Below are positions 48,870 through 58,434 of a stretch of DNA of 64,000 nt, piece by piece. How positions within the stretch are numbered: position 1 is the stretch's first letter; the number at the start of each line of letters is the position of its first letter. The notes beneath the pieces are model-generated. The model worked only from the letters and a program-made list of their open reading frames with translations, did no database searches and had not been told where the DNA came from. Source of the DNA: Alphaproteobacteria bacterium UBA7314. GTDB taxonomy: Bacteria > Pseudomonadota > Alphaproteobacteria > MPNO01 > UBA830. The stretch covers positions 9,813 to 73,812 of the forward strand of contig DKQG01000050.1 in assembly GCA_002471575.1 (NCBI GenBank). The letters run 5' to 3'. The position numbers and the translations under genes are program-made.

Positions 48870-49417
48870 TGGACGACCGGAAAAAACAACTGCGCGACAT
48901 CATCGCGGCAAAATCATTCTCGAAAGGCGGCGACTTCAAGTTGGCATCGGGCCAGTCCAGCGGCTTCTACTTCGACATGAAACCGACCGTGATGGACCCG
49001 GAAGGCGCACGGCTGGCGGCTGAACTGATCCTGGAGGCCGTCGCCGGCGAAGACTTGGACTGCGTCGGCGGTATGGCGGTTGGCGCCGTACCCATCGTTG
49101 CCGCCGTCGCCATGGCATCGTCCGGCACCGACCGCCCCCTGCCCGGCTTTCTGGTCAGAAAAGAAATCAAGGAACGCGGCACCGAGAAACAGGTCGAAGG
49201 CAACATGCTAGAAGGCGGCAAAGTGCTGATCGTCGAAGACGTCACCACGACCGGCGGCTCGTCGATGCAGGCGATCGACGCCGTTCAGCGCGAAGGCAAC
49301 GGCACCGTGCCCATCGTGGTCACCATCGTCGACCGGCTTCAGGGCGCGGAGGACAATTTCCGGGAAAAGGGAATTCGGATGATTTCCCTGCTGACTAAGG
49401 ACGATTTCACGGACTAG
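48869..49417 (+). CDS. pyrE: Orotate phosphoribosyltransferase
   Basis: About 183 aa with the PRPP-binding motif VLIVEDVTTTGGS. Its ATG overlaps the TGA of the upstream gene (ATGA). Confidence 0.9.
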   Translation: MDDRKKQLRDIIAAKSFSKGGDFKLASGQSSGFYFDMKPTVMDPEGARLAAELILEAVAGEDLDCVGGMAVGAVPIVAAVAMASSGTDRPLPGFLVRKEIKERGTEKQVEGNMLEGGKVLIVEDVTTTGGSSMQAIDAVQREGNGTVPIVVTIVDRLQGAEDNFREKGIRMISLLTKDDFTD

Positions 49418-49430
49418 CGAAGCCTTCTCC

Positions 49431-49700
49431 ATGATCTACACCGTCAGCATTCGCCAGCACGACAGCCCCGTACCGGTGGAGATTGGCCAAACGATCCTGG
49501 AAGCCACCCTGACTCTGGGGGTGCCTTACCCGCATGGATGCCGGTCGGGCAATTGCGGGTCCTGCAAGTCGCGGCTGTTTGCGGGCGACGTCGAGATGTC
49601 ACCTTATTCGGAATACGCCCTGAGCGACGACGAAAAAGCCGACGGACGGATTTCACCCTCAAATGGTGGGACGGGGAAGATCGCATCGCCGCCGACCTGA
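49431..49700 (+). pseudogene. Remnant of a reductase-type plant-like [2Fe-2S] ferredoxin domain (truncated)
   Basis: The 89-aa ORF has C-x4-C-x2-C (HGCRSGNCGSCKS) and ..YALSDDEKADG, as in the N-terminal ferredoxin domains of oxygenase reductases. The fourth Cys and the entire FAD/NAD domain are absent, and the downstream frames to 50121 translate to nonsense. Confidence 0.45.
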
Positions 49701-50121
49701 TGTCTGTTGCAGAAGATGCCGTTGGCCGCGAAACGGTCGGGACTCGTATCGCGAACATCGAGTTTGCAGGCTCCGATCATCTGCACGGCGTCGCGTCTAC
49801 AGCGCTCGCTCGAGGCGGTCTAGCCGATGCGGGGCTCGTCAAAAGCGCTGCTGGATCCGCATCGATCGCGGTTCACCACGCCGCGCTGGGATTGGCCGCC
49901 GGGCAATCAGGTGCCCATCCGTTCGCCGCCAAGTTCCGGCTGTTCCAGGCAGGCCGCTGGCCGCTGGGCATATACGGAAACGTTTTCTACGTCTTTTAAG
50001 CCAGGGTGCTCCGCCAGCAGAATTCGACACGGATCCTATACCGCGTTTCGTCTTGTCTAATCCGTGCTGGCCGAATAGGCTCCGGCCTTTCTTGCGCCGA
50101 GAATAGGGGAAGGCAGGCGTC

Positions 50122-50538
50122 TTGCCGTTTACCAATCGATATCAGACCCGCGCCGAATGGGCGGATTGCGACCCGCTGGGGCAAACGTTCTATCCGAACT
50201 ATTTCAGGTGGTTCGATATCGGCACGCACACGCTGCTGGATGCAGCGGGACACCCCTATGACGGGTTGATCGAGGAATACGGCCTGGCTGGCCTGCCGCT
50301 GGTTGATGCGCAGGCGTCGTTTCGCGACCGTTGCCGGTGGACGGACAACCTGGAAATCGAAAGTTTCATTTCCCGTTTCGGCAGCAAAAGCTTTACCGTG
50401 ACGCACAACATCTGGAACGGCGGCGACGTAGCTGTCGAGGGCAAGGAAGTTCGTATCTGGGGCCTGTTCGATCCGGAAGACGACACCAAACTTATGGCCG
50501 GCGAGATCCCGGAAGATTTCAAACAGATATTCGCGTAG
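50122..50538 (+). CDS. Hotdog-fold acyl-CoA thioesterase (4-hydroxybenzoyl-CoA thioesterase / YbgC-like)
   Basis: 138 aa with the pattern W.DCD..G..YPNYFRWFD.. typical of 4HBT-class thioesterases. The likely start is TTG. Confidence 0.7.
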   Translation: MPFTNRYQTRAEWADCDPLGQTFYPNYFRWFDIGTHTLLDAAGHPYDGLIEEYGLAGLPLVDAQASFRDRCRWTDNLEIESFISRFGSKSFTVTHNIWNGGDVAVEGKEVRIWGLFDPEDDTKLMAGEIPEDFKQIFA

Positions 50539-50549
50539 GCGGGACCTGC

Positions 50550-51020
50550 ATGGCGTCAAAAAAATCAAGCGCGCGTTCCAGCGACCGGCGGGGTGACATA
50601 GTTATGGGCATGCTGCCCGACCTGATCGGTTTCAACCTGCGATGCGCCCAGTTGGTGCTGTTCCAGCATTTCGGCGCTACAGTCGGACAGGACGGCATAT
50701 CCGTGCCCCAGTTCGGGACGCTGCTGTTGATCGAAGCCAACCCCGACATCAGCCAAAGCGCGATTGCCGAAGCGCTGCGTTTAGACCGGTCGACACTGGT
50801 ACAGATCATCGACCGGTTGGAAAATCGTGGGCTGGTGGTTCGGCACGTATCGCCGACTGACCGCCGGTCCCACGCGTTGCAGCTGACAGACGCGGGGTCG
50901 GAAACGCTGGCGGAACTGAAACAACGCACCGTCGAACACGAAGACGACGTCGCCTCGGCACTAAACGACGACGAACGCGCGCAGTTCATTTCACTGCTTA
51001 AGAGGCTGTACGGCGGCTAG
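50550..51020 (+). CDS. MarR-family transcriptional regulator
   Basis: 156 aa with a winged-helix region ISQSAIAEALRLDRSTLVQIIDRLENRGLVVRHVSPTDRRSHALQLT. The ORF-track start at 50331 overlaps the upstream gene out of frame, so I place the start at the ATG at 50550. Confidence 0.8.
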   Translation: MASKKSSARSSDRRGDIVMGMLPDLIGFNLRCAQLVLFQHFGATVGQDGISVPQFGTLLLIEANPDISQSAIAEALRLDRSTLVQIIDRLENRGLVVRHVSPTDRRSHALQLTDAGSETLAELKQRTVEHEDDVASALNDDERAQFISLLKRLYGG

Positions 51021-51100
51021 AGGCACGACTGACTTCATCCTGAAGAGGTCCGCAGAGCCGTCTCGAAGGAAGAGACGGCCCTGGCCGATTTGACAGCCTA

Positions 51101-52153
51101 TTAACCCGTTTCGCCCTCGCGGAACAGACCGAGCTTCTGCTGCACTGGCTGATCGGTAAAGCTGAATAGGAACGAGTCTTCGTCAGCCTGGTGTTCGTGC
51201 TTGAACCAGGCGGGCACGACGAAGGTGTCCCTTGCCTTCCAGGTCATCTTCTGCCCGTTGATGATCGTGCTGCCGGATCCTTCGACACAGTGATACACCC
51301 AGGCTGCGGTCGTCTGGTACACATCGCCTGAGAAGCCATTGGGCAGCTTTTGCATATAGGTACCGACGGTCGGCATGACCGGCCCACCCGTCGTCGGGTT
51401 GATGTATTCGAGCTTGTAGCCGTGACGGGCATCGATATCGCCCGATTTTGACAAGGTATCCAGCGTGTCGCGCGTCTGGACGTAAGGATAATGGAACACT
51501 GGTGAATTTGCCGGTCCCGACGTTTCGCCGAACGGCCGCATATTGCCACCGTATCGCGCCATATTATCGCCCGACGGCCGTCCCTGCGGGAATTCGGATT
51601 CGGGATAGGGTTCGGCAAAGACCGGGCCGAGATGGCGGACAAGCGGGATGTCCAGCCCGTCGAGCCAGACAACCGGCACATCGCCATCATGGCCATGGTC
51701 GTGCCACACCCAGGATGGCGTCAGGATCAGATCGCCGACCTCCATATAGGCTTTTTCGCCGTTCAACGCGGTATAGGCGCCGGTTCCTTCGACGATAAAC
51801 CTCAGCGCACAAGGCGAATGTCGGTGCGCGGGTGCGACTTCGCCGGGCATGATCAGCTGCAGGCCGGCGTACAAGGCCTCGGTGATGCAAGATTTCTCTT
51901 CCAGTCCAGGGTTTTCGAGAACCATGACGCGACGCTCGGCTTCTTCCGCCGAGATGATATCGGCTGACTCCATGATATAGGGACGGCACAAATCATAATC
52001 CCATTTGTGCGGAACCGCGTCCGTCACCGGCGCTTCAGCCAGCAGCGTGTGCAATACTTCCCACAGCGGCGTCATCTTTTGTTCCGCCATGCGACCGTAA
52101 AAATCGGCGCGGGCGTTGGTCAATTCCGGTTTTTCGTGCAGGGCCCTGCTCAT
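51101..52153 (-). CDS. Gentisate 1,2-dioxygenase-like bicupin ring-cleavage dioxygenase
   Basis: 350 aa with two cupin domains. The first carries the gentisate-dioxygenase-type metal motif HRHSPCALRF, and the second has HDHGHDGD. The N-terminus MSRALHEKPELTNARADFYGRM is typical of the family. It is transcribed divergently from wecB and convergently with marR. Confidence 0.8.
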   Translation of the reverse strand: MSRALHEKPELTNARADFYGRMAEQKMTPLWEVLHTLLAEAPVTDAVPHKWDYDLCRPYIMESADIISAEEAERRVMVLENPGLEEKSCITEALYAGLQLIMPGEVAPAHRHSPCALRFIVEGTGAYTALNGEKAYMEVGDLILTPSWVWHDHGHDGDVPVVWLDGLDIPLVRHLGPVFAEPYPESEFPQGRPSGDNMARYGGNMRPFGETSGPANSPVFHYPYVQTRDTLDTLSKSGDIDARHGYKLEYINPTTGGPVMPTVGTYMQKLPNGFSGDVYQTTAAWVYHCVEGSGSTIINGQKMTWKARDTFVVPAWFKHEHQADEDSFLFSFTDQPVQQKLGLFREGETG

Positions 52154-52699
52154 CTTTCGATCCTCTTCGATACGTTTTAAGCCGATGATAACACTATTGC
52201 GGGCCGCGTCCCGTTAGAAAAGTTTTATCCGTGCAGGGATCAAACAAATGATAGGAGACCCTGAACGCCTGGAAACTGGCGAGACGCGCGCGGACGCGTA
52301 TAAACGGGGAAATCGTTCGGTAATCCGGCGGGCTTATCCTGCACGTTTTCGAATATTCCATCCCGCTTCAGAGCGAACCCGCGTTCCGCAGCCTATAGTT
52401 TTTGAGGGAGCGGCGCCGTCTCAGATGGGGAACCCATCCTCTTACTACCCCTCGCCACAACGAGCCCTATACGCCGGAAAAACCGTCGACGGCTAAACAC
52501 TTCACCGCACGCCCGCGTTCGCGCAGCTTCGTCAGCATGTAATGTGAGAATAACAAAGAAAACCTATACCTTACCGACCCGCTTGACCGTTTGTTCGAGG
52601 AATCCGGCCCGGGTGTTGCGGGCCAAGATAAGTCACGGGTATTGCGCGGTCGCGGAAACTGACCTATCCCACCATCGACCCAGAAAACACGGGATTGAC

Positions 52700-53794
52700 A
52701 TGTCACGCGTATTCCACCTGATCGCCGCGGCCCGGCCGAACTTCATGAAGATCGCGCCGATTTATCATGCGATGAAGGCGGCCGACGGGTACACGCCGGT
52801 GATCGTGCACACTGGACAGCATTACGACGCCAACATGTCGGACAGTTTTTTCGTCGACCTTGGGCTGCCGGCGCCGGACTTCAACTTGGAAGTTGGTAGC
52901 GGCACTCACGCGCAGCAGACCGGCGCCGTCATGATCGCCTACGAGCAGATCATCACGGATACCCCGCCGGCCGCGACCATCGTAGTCGGCGACGTAAATT
53001 CCACCATCGCCTGCACGCTAGCGGCCAAGAAGCTCTGCCTACCGGTGGCGCACTTGGAGGCCGGGCTGCGCAGCCGTGACTGGGGAATGCCGGAGGAGAT
53101 CAACCGGATCGTGACCGATTCGATCTCGGACATCTTGTGGACCCCGTCACCGGACGGAGACGACAATCTCCGTAACGAGGGCGTCGCGCCGGAACGCATT
53201 ACTCGGGTTGGCAACGTGATGATGGATTCATACGAGCTGATGCGGCCGCGAATCGAAGCGGAAACCCCGCGCGAGGAATTTGGCCTTGCAGAAAAAGGTT
53301 ACGGCATCGTAACCCTTCACCGGCCCAGCAACGTGGACGCCAAGGAGACGTTAGGCCCGCTGGTCGACGCGCTAAAAGCCTCTGCTGCAAGAATCCCGTT
53401 GCTGTTCCCGCTGCACCCGCGAACGCGCAAGAACCTGGATACCCATGGTCTGCTGGACGATTTCCTGTCCGCGACGGGCATCCATGTGAGCGAGCCGATC
53501 AACTATATCCGTTTCATGGGCCTTGTTCGCGAAGCCGCCCTTGTCATCACTGATTCCGGTGGCATCCAAGAGGAAACCACATATCTGGATATTCCCTGCA
53601 TCACGCTGCGCGAAAACACCGAACGCCCCGTCACGGTGACCGAAGGGACGAACCGGCTCGCAACGATCGCCGACCTGCAGGGTTACGTTGACGATATTCT
53701 CGCCGGGAACTGGCAAAGCGGCGTGCGCCCCGACCTCTGGGACGGCAAATCCGCCGCCCGGGTCGTGGACGACCTCAAGAAACGTCTCGGCTGA
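52700..53794 (+). CDS. wecB: UDP-N-acetylglucosamine 2-epimerase (non-hydrolysing)
   Basis: 364 aa with MSRVFHLIAAARPNFMKIAPIYHAM, HTGQHYD and DSGGIQEE. I chose the ATG at 52700 after a 546-bp AT-richer spacer. Confidence 0.9.
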   Translation: MSRVFHLIAAARPNFMKIAPIYHAMKAADGYTPVIVHTGQHYDANMSDSFFVDLGLPAPDFNLEVGSGTHAQQTGAVMIAYEQIITDTPPAATIVVGDVNSTIACTLAAKKLCLPVAHLEAGLRSRDWGMPEEINRIVTDSISDILWTPSPDGDDNLRNEGVAPERITRVGNVMMDSYELMRPRIEAETPREEFGLAEKGYGIVTLHRPSNVDAKETLGPLVDALKASAARIPLLFPLHPRTRKNLDTHGLLDDFLSATGIHVSEPINYIRFMGLVREAALVITDSGGIQEETTYLDIPCITLRENTERPVTVTEGTNRLATIADLQGYVDDILAGNWQSGVRPDLWDGKSAARVVDDLKKRLG

Positions 53795-53799
53795 TCCGG

Positions 53800-54399
53800 C
53801 TATTTCCACAGGATCGTGCGGGCAAAATCCTTCGCCAATGTGTTCATGCTTTGCCGTTCCGCCAAACAGACGTTGAACCGGGATAAGATATCGACCGCGA
53901 CTTTCTTGTTTTCCTTGTTTCGCCACCAGACATCTTCCATCGCATAGTTCAGGCTGCCGAAGACGCTTTTATCCAGCGGTGCCACGAAATCGGGACAATC
54001 ATCAGGCCGCCTAGTGACTATCGCCCTGTAGGAGATGGACGAAAATCTCGAGGTCTCTTAGGTCGAGGCAAGAATCGGCGTAGGATCTTCGAGCACCGAT
54101 AACGCCCCCTGCTTTATTCGCGGCGCAGGTTGGGGATCCGCCCAGAAATCGAAGATGCCTACATAGACGCAGAACGCGACATCCAGCACAAGCCGATCCG
54201 CGAGCATGCCCCACGATTCGGGATACTTCGACGTAATGAAATTGGTCACTTGGCTAGCCAGTTCGAACAGCTTGTGCAGACGCGCCGCAAGAGCCCGGCG
54301 TGGTTCGGTACGCCGAGAACCAGGTACCCGCCCGGCTCTGTGCCGGGAGCGATATCGGGCTTTTACGATGAGGGCCGGGCCGATTACAGTCTGCGCTGG
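53800..54399 (-). pseudogene. Gene remnant of unknown family with one in-frame TAA
   Basis: About 200 codons of continuous minus-strand frame run from the epimerase stop down to 53800. They are interrupted only by a TAA at 54058-54060. The flanking segments (..FITSKYPESWGMLADRLVLDVAFCVYVGIFDFW.. and ..FGSLNYAMEDVWWRNKENKKVAVDILSRFNVCLAER..) look protein-like, but no ATG start is present. Confidence 0.3.
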
Positions 54400-55380
54400 C
54401 TAGTCGTAGCCATTATAGGCCTTGAACCATTCGACGAATTTCGGCACCCCGACGTCAATCGGCGTGGTCGGCTCGAAACCGAGATCGTTCCGGATCGCAT
54501 CGATATCGGCGAAGCTTTCCTTCACGTCGCCAAGCTGCATCGGCTTCATATGGACTTCGGCCTTGCGCCCAAGCGCGTTCTCCAGGATCTCGATTAGCCG
54601 CATCAGCGGTTCTGACCGGTGATTGCCGATATTGTAGACGCGATGGGGCGCGCCGTCGGAGGTGGTCGGCGGATTGTCGTGTGCAGCGACAACCCCGGTT
54701 ACGATATCGTCAACGAAAGTGAAATCGCGCTTCATGTCGCCGTGATTGAACACCTCGATCGAACGGCCGTTCATGATGGCATCGGCAAAAATATACAGCG
54801 CCATGTCTGGACGCCCCCACGGACCGTAGACGGTAAAAAACCGCAGCCCGGTCTGCGGCATGCCGTAAAGATGGGCGTAGGAATAGCTCATGTGCTCGTT
54901 CGCAAGCTTGGTTGCGGCGTAGAGGGAAACCGGCGAATCCGTGCGGTGGTCGACTGAAAACGGGAGCTTCTTGTTTCCGCCGTAGACCGAGCTGGAACTG
55001 GCATAGACTAGGTGTTCGAAGCCCGGTTGATGCCGACACAATTCCAGGGTTGTCATATGAGCGACAAGATTGGCGCCCACGTAGTCGAACGGGTGTTCGA
55101 TGGAGTGACGCACCCCCGCCTGGGCGGCAAGATGGATCGCCCTGGAAATACCCGCGATGGCGTCCCGGGTCTCGTCATAGGCCTGACGGTCCGACAGATC
55201 GAGTTTGTAAAACCGGAAACCTTCGCGCGCCTTCAGCTTTTCGAGCCGCGCGTTCTTCAGTTCCACGCTGTAATAGTCGTTCACGCAGTCGATACCCACC
55301 ACTTCTCCGCCTCGATCTAGCAGCCGGTTTGCTGTATGAAAGCCGATAAAGCCGGCGACGCCGGTGACGAGCGTTTTCAT
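54400..55380 (-). CDS. NAD-dependent epimerase/dehydratase, UDP-glucuronate 4-epimerase-like
   Basis: About 326 aa beginning MKTLVTGVAGFIGFHTANRLL, with the catalytic YxxxK in ..SSSSVYG.. / ..YAATKLANE.. and a C-terminus ending ..KFVEWFKAYNGYD. Confidence 0.85.
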   Translation of the reverse strand: MKTLVTGVAGFIGFHTANRLLDRGGEVVGIDCVNDYYSVELKNARLEKLKAREGFRFYKLDLSDRQAYDETRDAIAGISRAIHLAAQAGVRHSIEHPFDYVGANLVAHMTTLELCRHQPGFEHLVYASSSSVYGGNKKLPFSVDHRTDSPVSLYAATKLANEHMSYSYAHLYGMPQTGLRFFTVYGPWGRPDMALYIFADAIMNGRSIEVFNHGDMKRDFTFVDDIVTGVVAAHDNPPTTSDGAPHRVYNIGNHRSEPLMRLIEILENALGRKAEVHMKPMQLGDVKESFADIDAIRNDLGFEPTTPIDVGVPKFVEWFKAYNGYD

Positions 55381-55944
55381 GGATGCAGGACCTGAAAGAA
55401 CCGAATAACCAGAAAGTGTGAGCGTTGGGTGTCTAGCATACACAGCCGCAAAGGATAAAGTTCATGTATCCTGTGTCTGATCAATATGAAATTTTCTGCG
55501 CGACCCTTTTTTCGATCAGTGATCTGTAAATCCCGGAAACGATGGCGATAGTCGGGTTCATTGACCTGATCGGCGCATCTGCGGCATCCGCCCAGAAGAT
55601 GCCGGGTGACCGGCGGTCGGGTTCCGCGGGCGAATTTCGAGTTTTGGCAAGAAGTCTGGATCGGCCTGAAATATTTCTGCTCTTTCTTGGAACTAGTCCG
55701 GGCGGACGGCACCGAACAGCCCCTCAAGGGAGTCGAGATGTGGGCCCGCAAATGCTAGCGAACCACTTTGCGCTTCAGCTTTTAGAATATTTCATTCATG
55801 CGGATTTGTTGTTAGCCCTCACAAAAAAGCTTCTGATGGCAGGCATCAGGACATTTGAAATGCTTCGTGTGCTATTCCGTCGAATTACCGACGGGGAAAG
55901 AATAGTCGCGCACGCCAGAACCAACGGCCGATCCCGGAGTCCCG

Positions 55945-57000
55945 CTATCCGGCGAAGACGGACATCACCTTTTCTCCGAACAGTCTGGTAGAGCGTTCGG
56001 CGTCTTCGTAGCTCATATCGCTGAAATTGACCTGCAGCGACGCATCGTCGAAACCGCCGATGTCAGACTCGTACGCCCGAATCCTCTCTATCAGGACCTC
56101 GGGCGTCCCGACCCATGCCGCACCCTTTTCCACCTGGGACTCAAATGTTTCTGCATCGAGAGCGGCAATCATCTTGCCATAGTTCTTGTAGGCATCGGAC
56201 TCCGCACCGTCGACCCAGCCACTGGCGGCATCGACTAGGGATTTGAGATACCGGTTGAGAGGATCGCGGGCGATCCGGGCCGCTTCTTCCGCATCTTCGT
56301 GACAGAACATGTGAAACGCCAGCATGATCCGGCCGTCACCGTCATGACCAGCGGATTTCCATGCTTCGCGATAGATACTGATCAGTTCGGCCATTGCCGA
56401 GCCGCCGATCGGGATCGCCATGATGTAATTGCCGATCCGTCCCGCTTTTTCGAAAGACTCGGGCGTCGTGAAGGCCGCAGTCCAGAAATTCGGTCGCGGC
56501 TTCTGAGATGGCCGGGGAAGCGAGGTTACGTTGCTGAACCTGTGGAACTGGCCGTCATGCGACACATTTTCGCCGGTCAACAGAAGTTCGATCTGTTCCA
56601 TGCCCTCGTCGAAACGCGCGACGCTTTCGTCAAGGGAGATCCCGAAGCGATCGTACTCGTGGGGCAGGAACGCCCGGGCGAAGCCGATTTCCGCACGACC
56701 GCCGGAAATCGCGTCCAGCATGCCGATCTCGCCGGCCAGTTTAAGCGGGTTGTTGAATACCGGCAGGACGGCCCCGGTCACGATCCGGGCGTTCTTGGCC
56801 CGCTGCGATGCTGCAGACAGGAAAACGATGGGGTTGGGGCTGTATCCGCCATAGGGATGGAAATAGTGCTCAACGGTTCTGATATGCGAGTAACCATACA
56901 CATCCGCCAGCTCGGTCAGACGCAGACATTCGTCGAAAAACTGTTGCCCCGATTTCTGATCCGGCCCCACAGCAGGGAAAAACTGCATTCCGAATTCCAC
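55945..57000 (-). CDS. Luciferase-like (LLM-class) flavin-dependent oxidoreductase
   Basis: 351 aa with a TIM-barrel LLM signature (MEFGMQFFPAVGP...YGYSHIRTVEHYF..). Confidence 0.85.
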   Translation of the reverse strand: MEFGMQFFPAVGPDQKSGQQFFDECLRLTELADVYGYSHIRTVEHYFHPYGGYSPNPIVFLSAASQRAKNARIVTGAVLPVFNNPLKLAGEIGMLDAISGGRAEIGFARAFLPHEYDRFGISLDESVARFDEGMEQIELLLTGENVSHDGQFHRFSNVTSLPRPSQKPRPNFWTAAFTTPESFEKAGRIGNYIMAIPIGGSAMAELISIYREAWKSAGHDGDGRIMLAFHMFCHEDAEEAARIARDPLNRYLKSLVDAASGWVDGAESDAYKNYGKMIAALDAETFESQVEKGAAWVGTPEVLIERIRAYESDIGGFDDASLQVNFSDMSYEDAERSTRLFGEKVMSVFAG

Positions 57001-57286
57001 GTCGACCTCCCGAAATATATTTATATCGCCCGATTTTTACACCGTACCCGCCGAACTCTAGGGGAACCAATATTCCGTGTACAGATTAATGATCCTCTCA
57101 CAAGATTGGGACCAAATTCCAACCGACGGAACGTGATTTGGAAAAATTGCTCGAAGACCAGCTGTAAGATTTTTCGCTGCAGAATGTGCCCGGGCGAGGA
57201 TCATGGCGGCCCTGCCCCGGAGGATTATGACCGGGTAATGAGAATACCAACCAAGCTGTCAGGGAGCGGCGGCTGATTAGACACGC

Positions 57287-58000
57287 TTGACCACCACCCT
57301 AAAACCCCACCATCAACCCATGGATAACGTGCTGTCATTGAATGTGGACATGTCCACCCTCGCGGTCGTCCGGTCCGCTGACATGGGCTGGCAGGCAAGC
57401 CTGTCTCCCACCGTGTGGCACAAGAGGCTTTACTTTGACGGGCCGGCAGAAGCGGCGATCGTCACATCCGTTGTTCGCTACGAAGCGGGCGGCGAATTTC
57501 CCACCCACCACCATCCGGGTGGCGAGGAAATCTTCGTTCTCGAAGGCGTTTTGTCAGATGAACACGGCGATTATCCGTCAGGTACGTACCTGTTAAACCC
57601 GGACGGCACCAGCCATGCGCCGTTTTCGAAGGACGGCTGCACGCTGTTCGTCAAGCTGCGCCAGTACGGTGGCGAGGGCCGCACCCAGGTAGAGATGAAT
57701 TCGGGCGCGCTGGACTGGCAGCCGTGGAACGACAGTGGCGTGTGGCAGAAACCGTTGTACCGGCAGGGCGGCTTCAGGGAATGGACGCAGCTGCTGAAGC
57801 TGGACCCGGGGGCGCAATCGCCACCTCATCAGCATCCGAACGGCGAAGAGGTGTTCGTGATCGACGGTGCAATCGAGGACGAATTCGGTGCTTACCCCGC
57901 CGGCACCTGGATCCGGTACCCGCCCGGATCGTCGCACACGGTAAAATCGCCAAAAGGTGCTATTCTGTATGTCCGGCTCGGAGGCATTGCGGAAAAATGA
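57287..58000 (+). CDS. Bicupin protein resembling the ChrR anti-sigma-factor cupin domain (tandem HHHPGGEE / HQHPNGEE cupin cores)
   Basis: About 230 aa with two repeated cupin units, each carrying the pattern H.HP.GEE..V..G. The start is probably the Met at 57320. Confidence 0.55.
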   Translation: MTTTLKPHHQPMDNVLSLNVDMSTLAVVRSADMGWQASLSPTVWHKRLYFDGPAEAAIVTSVVRYEAGGEFPTHHHPGGEEIFVLEGVLSDEHGDYPSGTYLLNPDGTSHAPFSKDGCTLFVKLRQYGGEGRTQVEMNSGALDWQPWNDSGVWQKPLYRQGGFREWTQLLKLDPGAQSPPHQHPNGEEVFVIDGAIEDEFGAYPAGTWIRYPPGSSHTVKSPKGAILYVRLGGIAEK

Positions 58001-58362
58001 CCGACACAATTATTCGTCACGACGACGTAGCGCAGGAGGAGTTTCCCGGCGGCGCAACCTACAGAACGCTGGTCGGTGACGATGACGGAACGACGCCCGT
58101 TAGATGCGGTATTCAGACATCGTCTCCTGGTTACGCGACGCCGAACCATGCGCACCCCTACGTGGAAATCGTCACCGTGCTGGAAGGTGCCGGAGAGGAC
58201 TGGGTCGACGGCCAGGACGGCACCACCGACATCGGACCAGGCATCACCATGGTATTTCCGCCGAACACCGCCCACGGCTTCCGCGTGACCGGCGACGCAC
58301 CGCTGGTGACCTACGGCGTGCATTCCTCCTCGGACCGGATCGTCGATATCAGAGAAAAATAG
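57997..58362 (+). CDS. Cupin-domain protein (121 aa)
   Basis: Cupin metal motifs are present (NHAHPYVEIVTVLEG ... PPNTAHGF). The ATG overlaps the upstream stop (ATGA). Confidence 0.6.
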   Translation: MTDTIIRHDDVAQEEFPGGATYRTLVGDDDGTTPVRCGIQTSSPGYATPNHAHPYVEIVTVLEGAGEDWVDGQDGTTDIGPGITMVFPPNTAHGFRVTGDAPLVTYGVHSSSDRIVDIREK

Positions 58363-58434
58363 TCCCCGCCCCGGCTGTCGCTAACCGTCAACGCCGCTTG
58401 TAGACAGCTCGCGTTAAATTTCCTCAAAAGTCCC

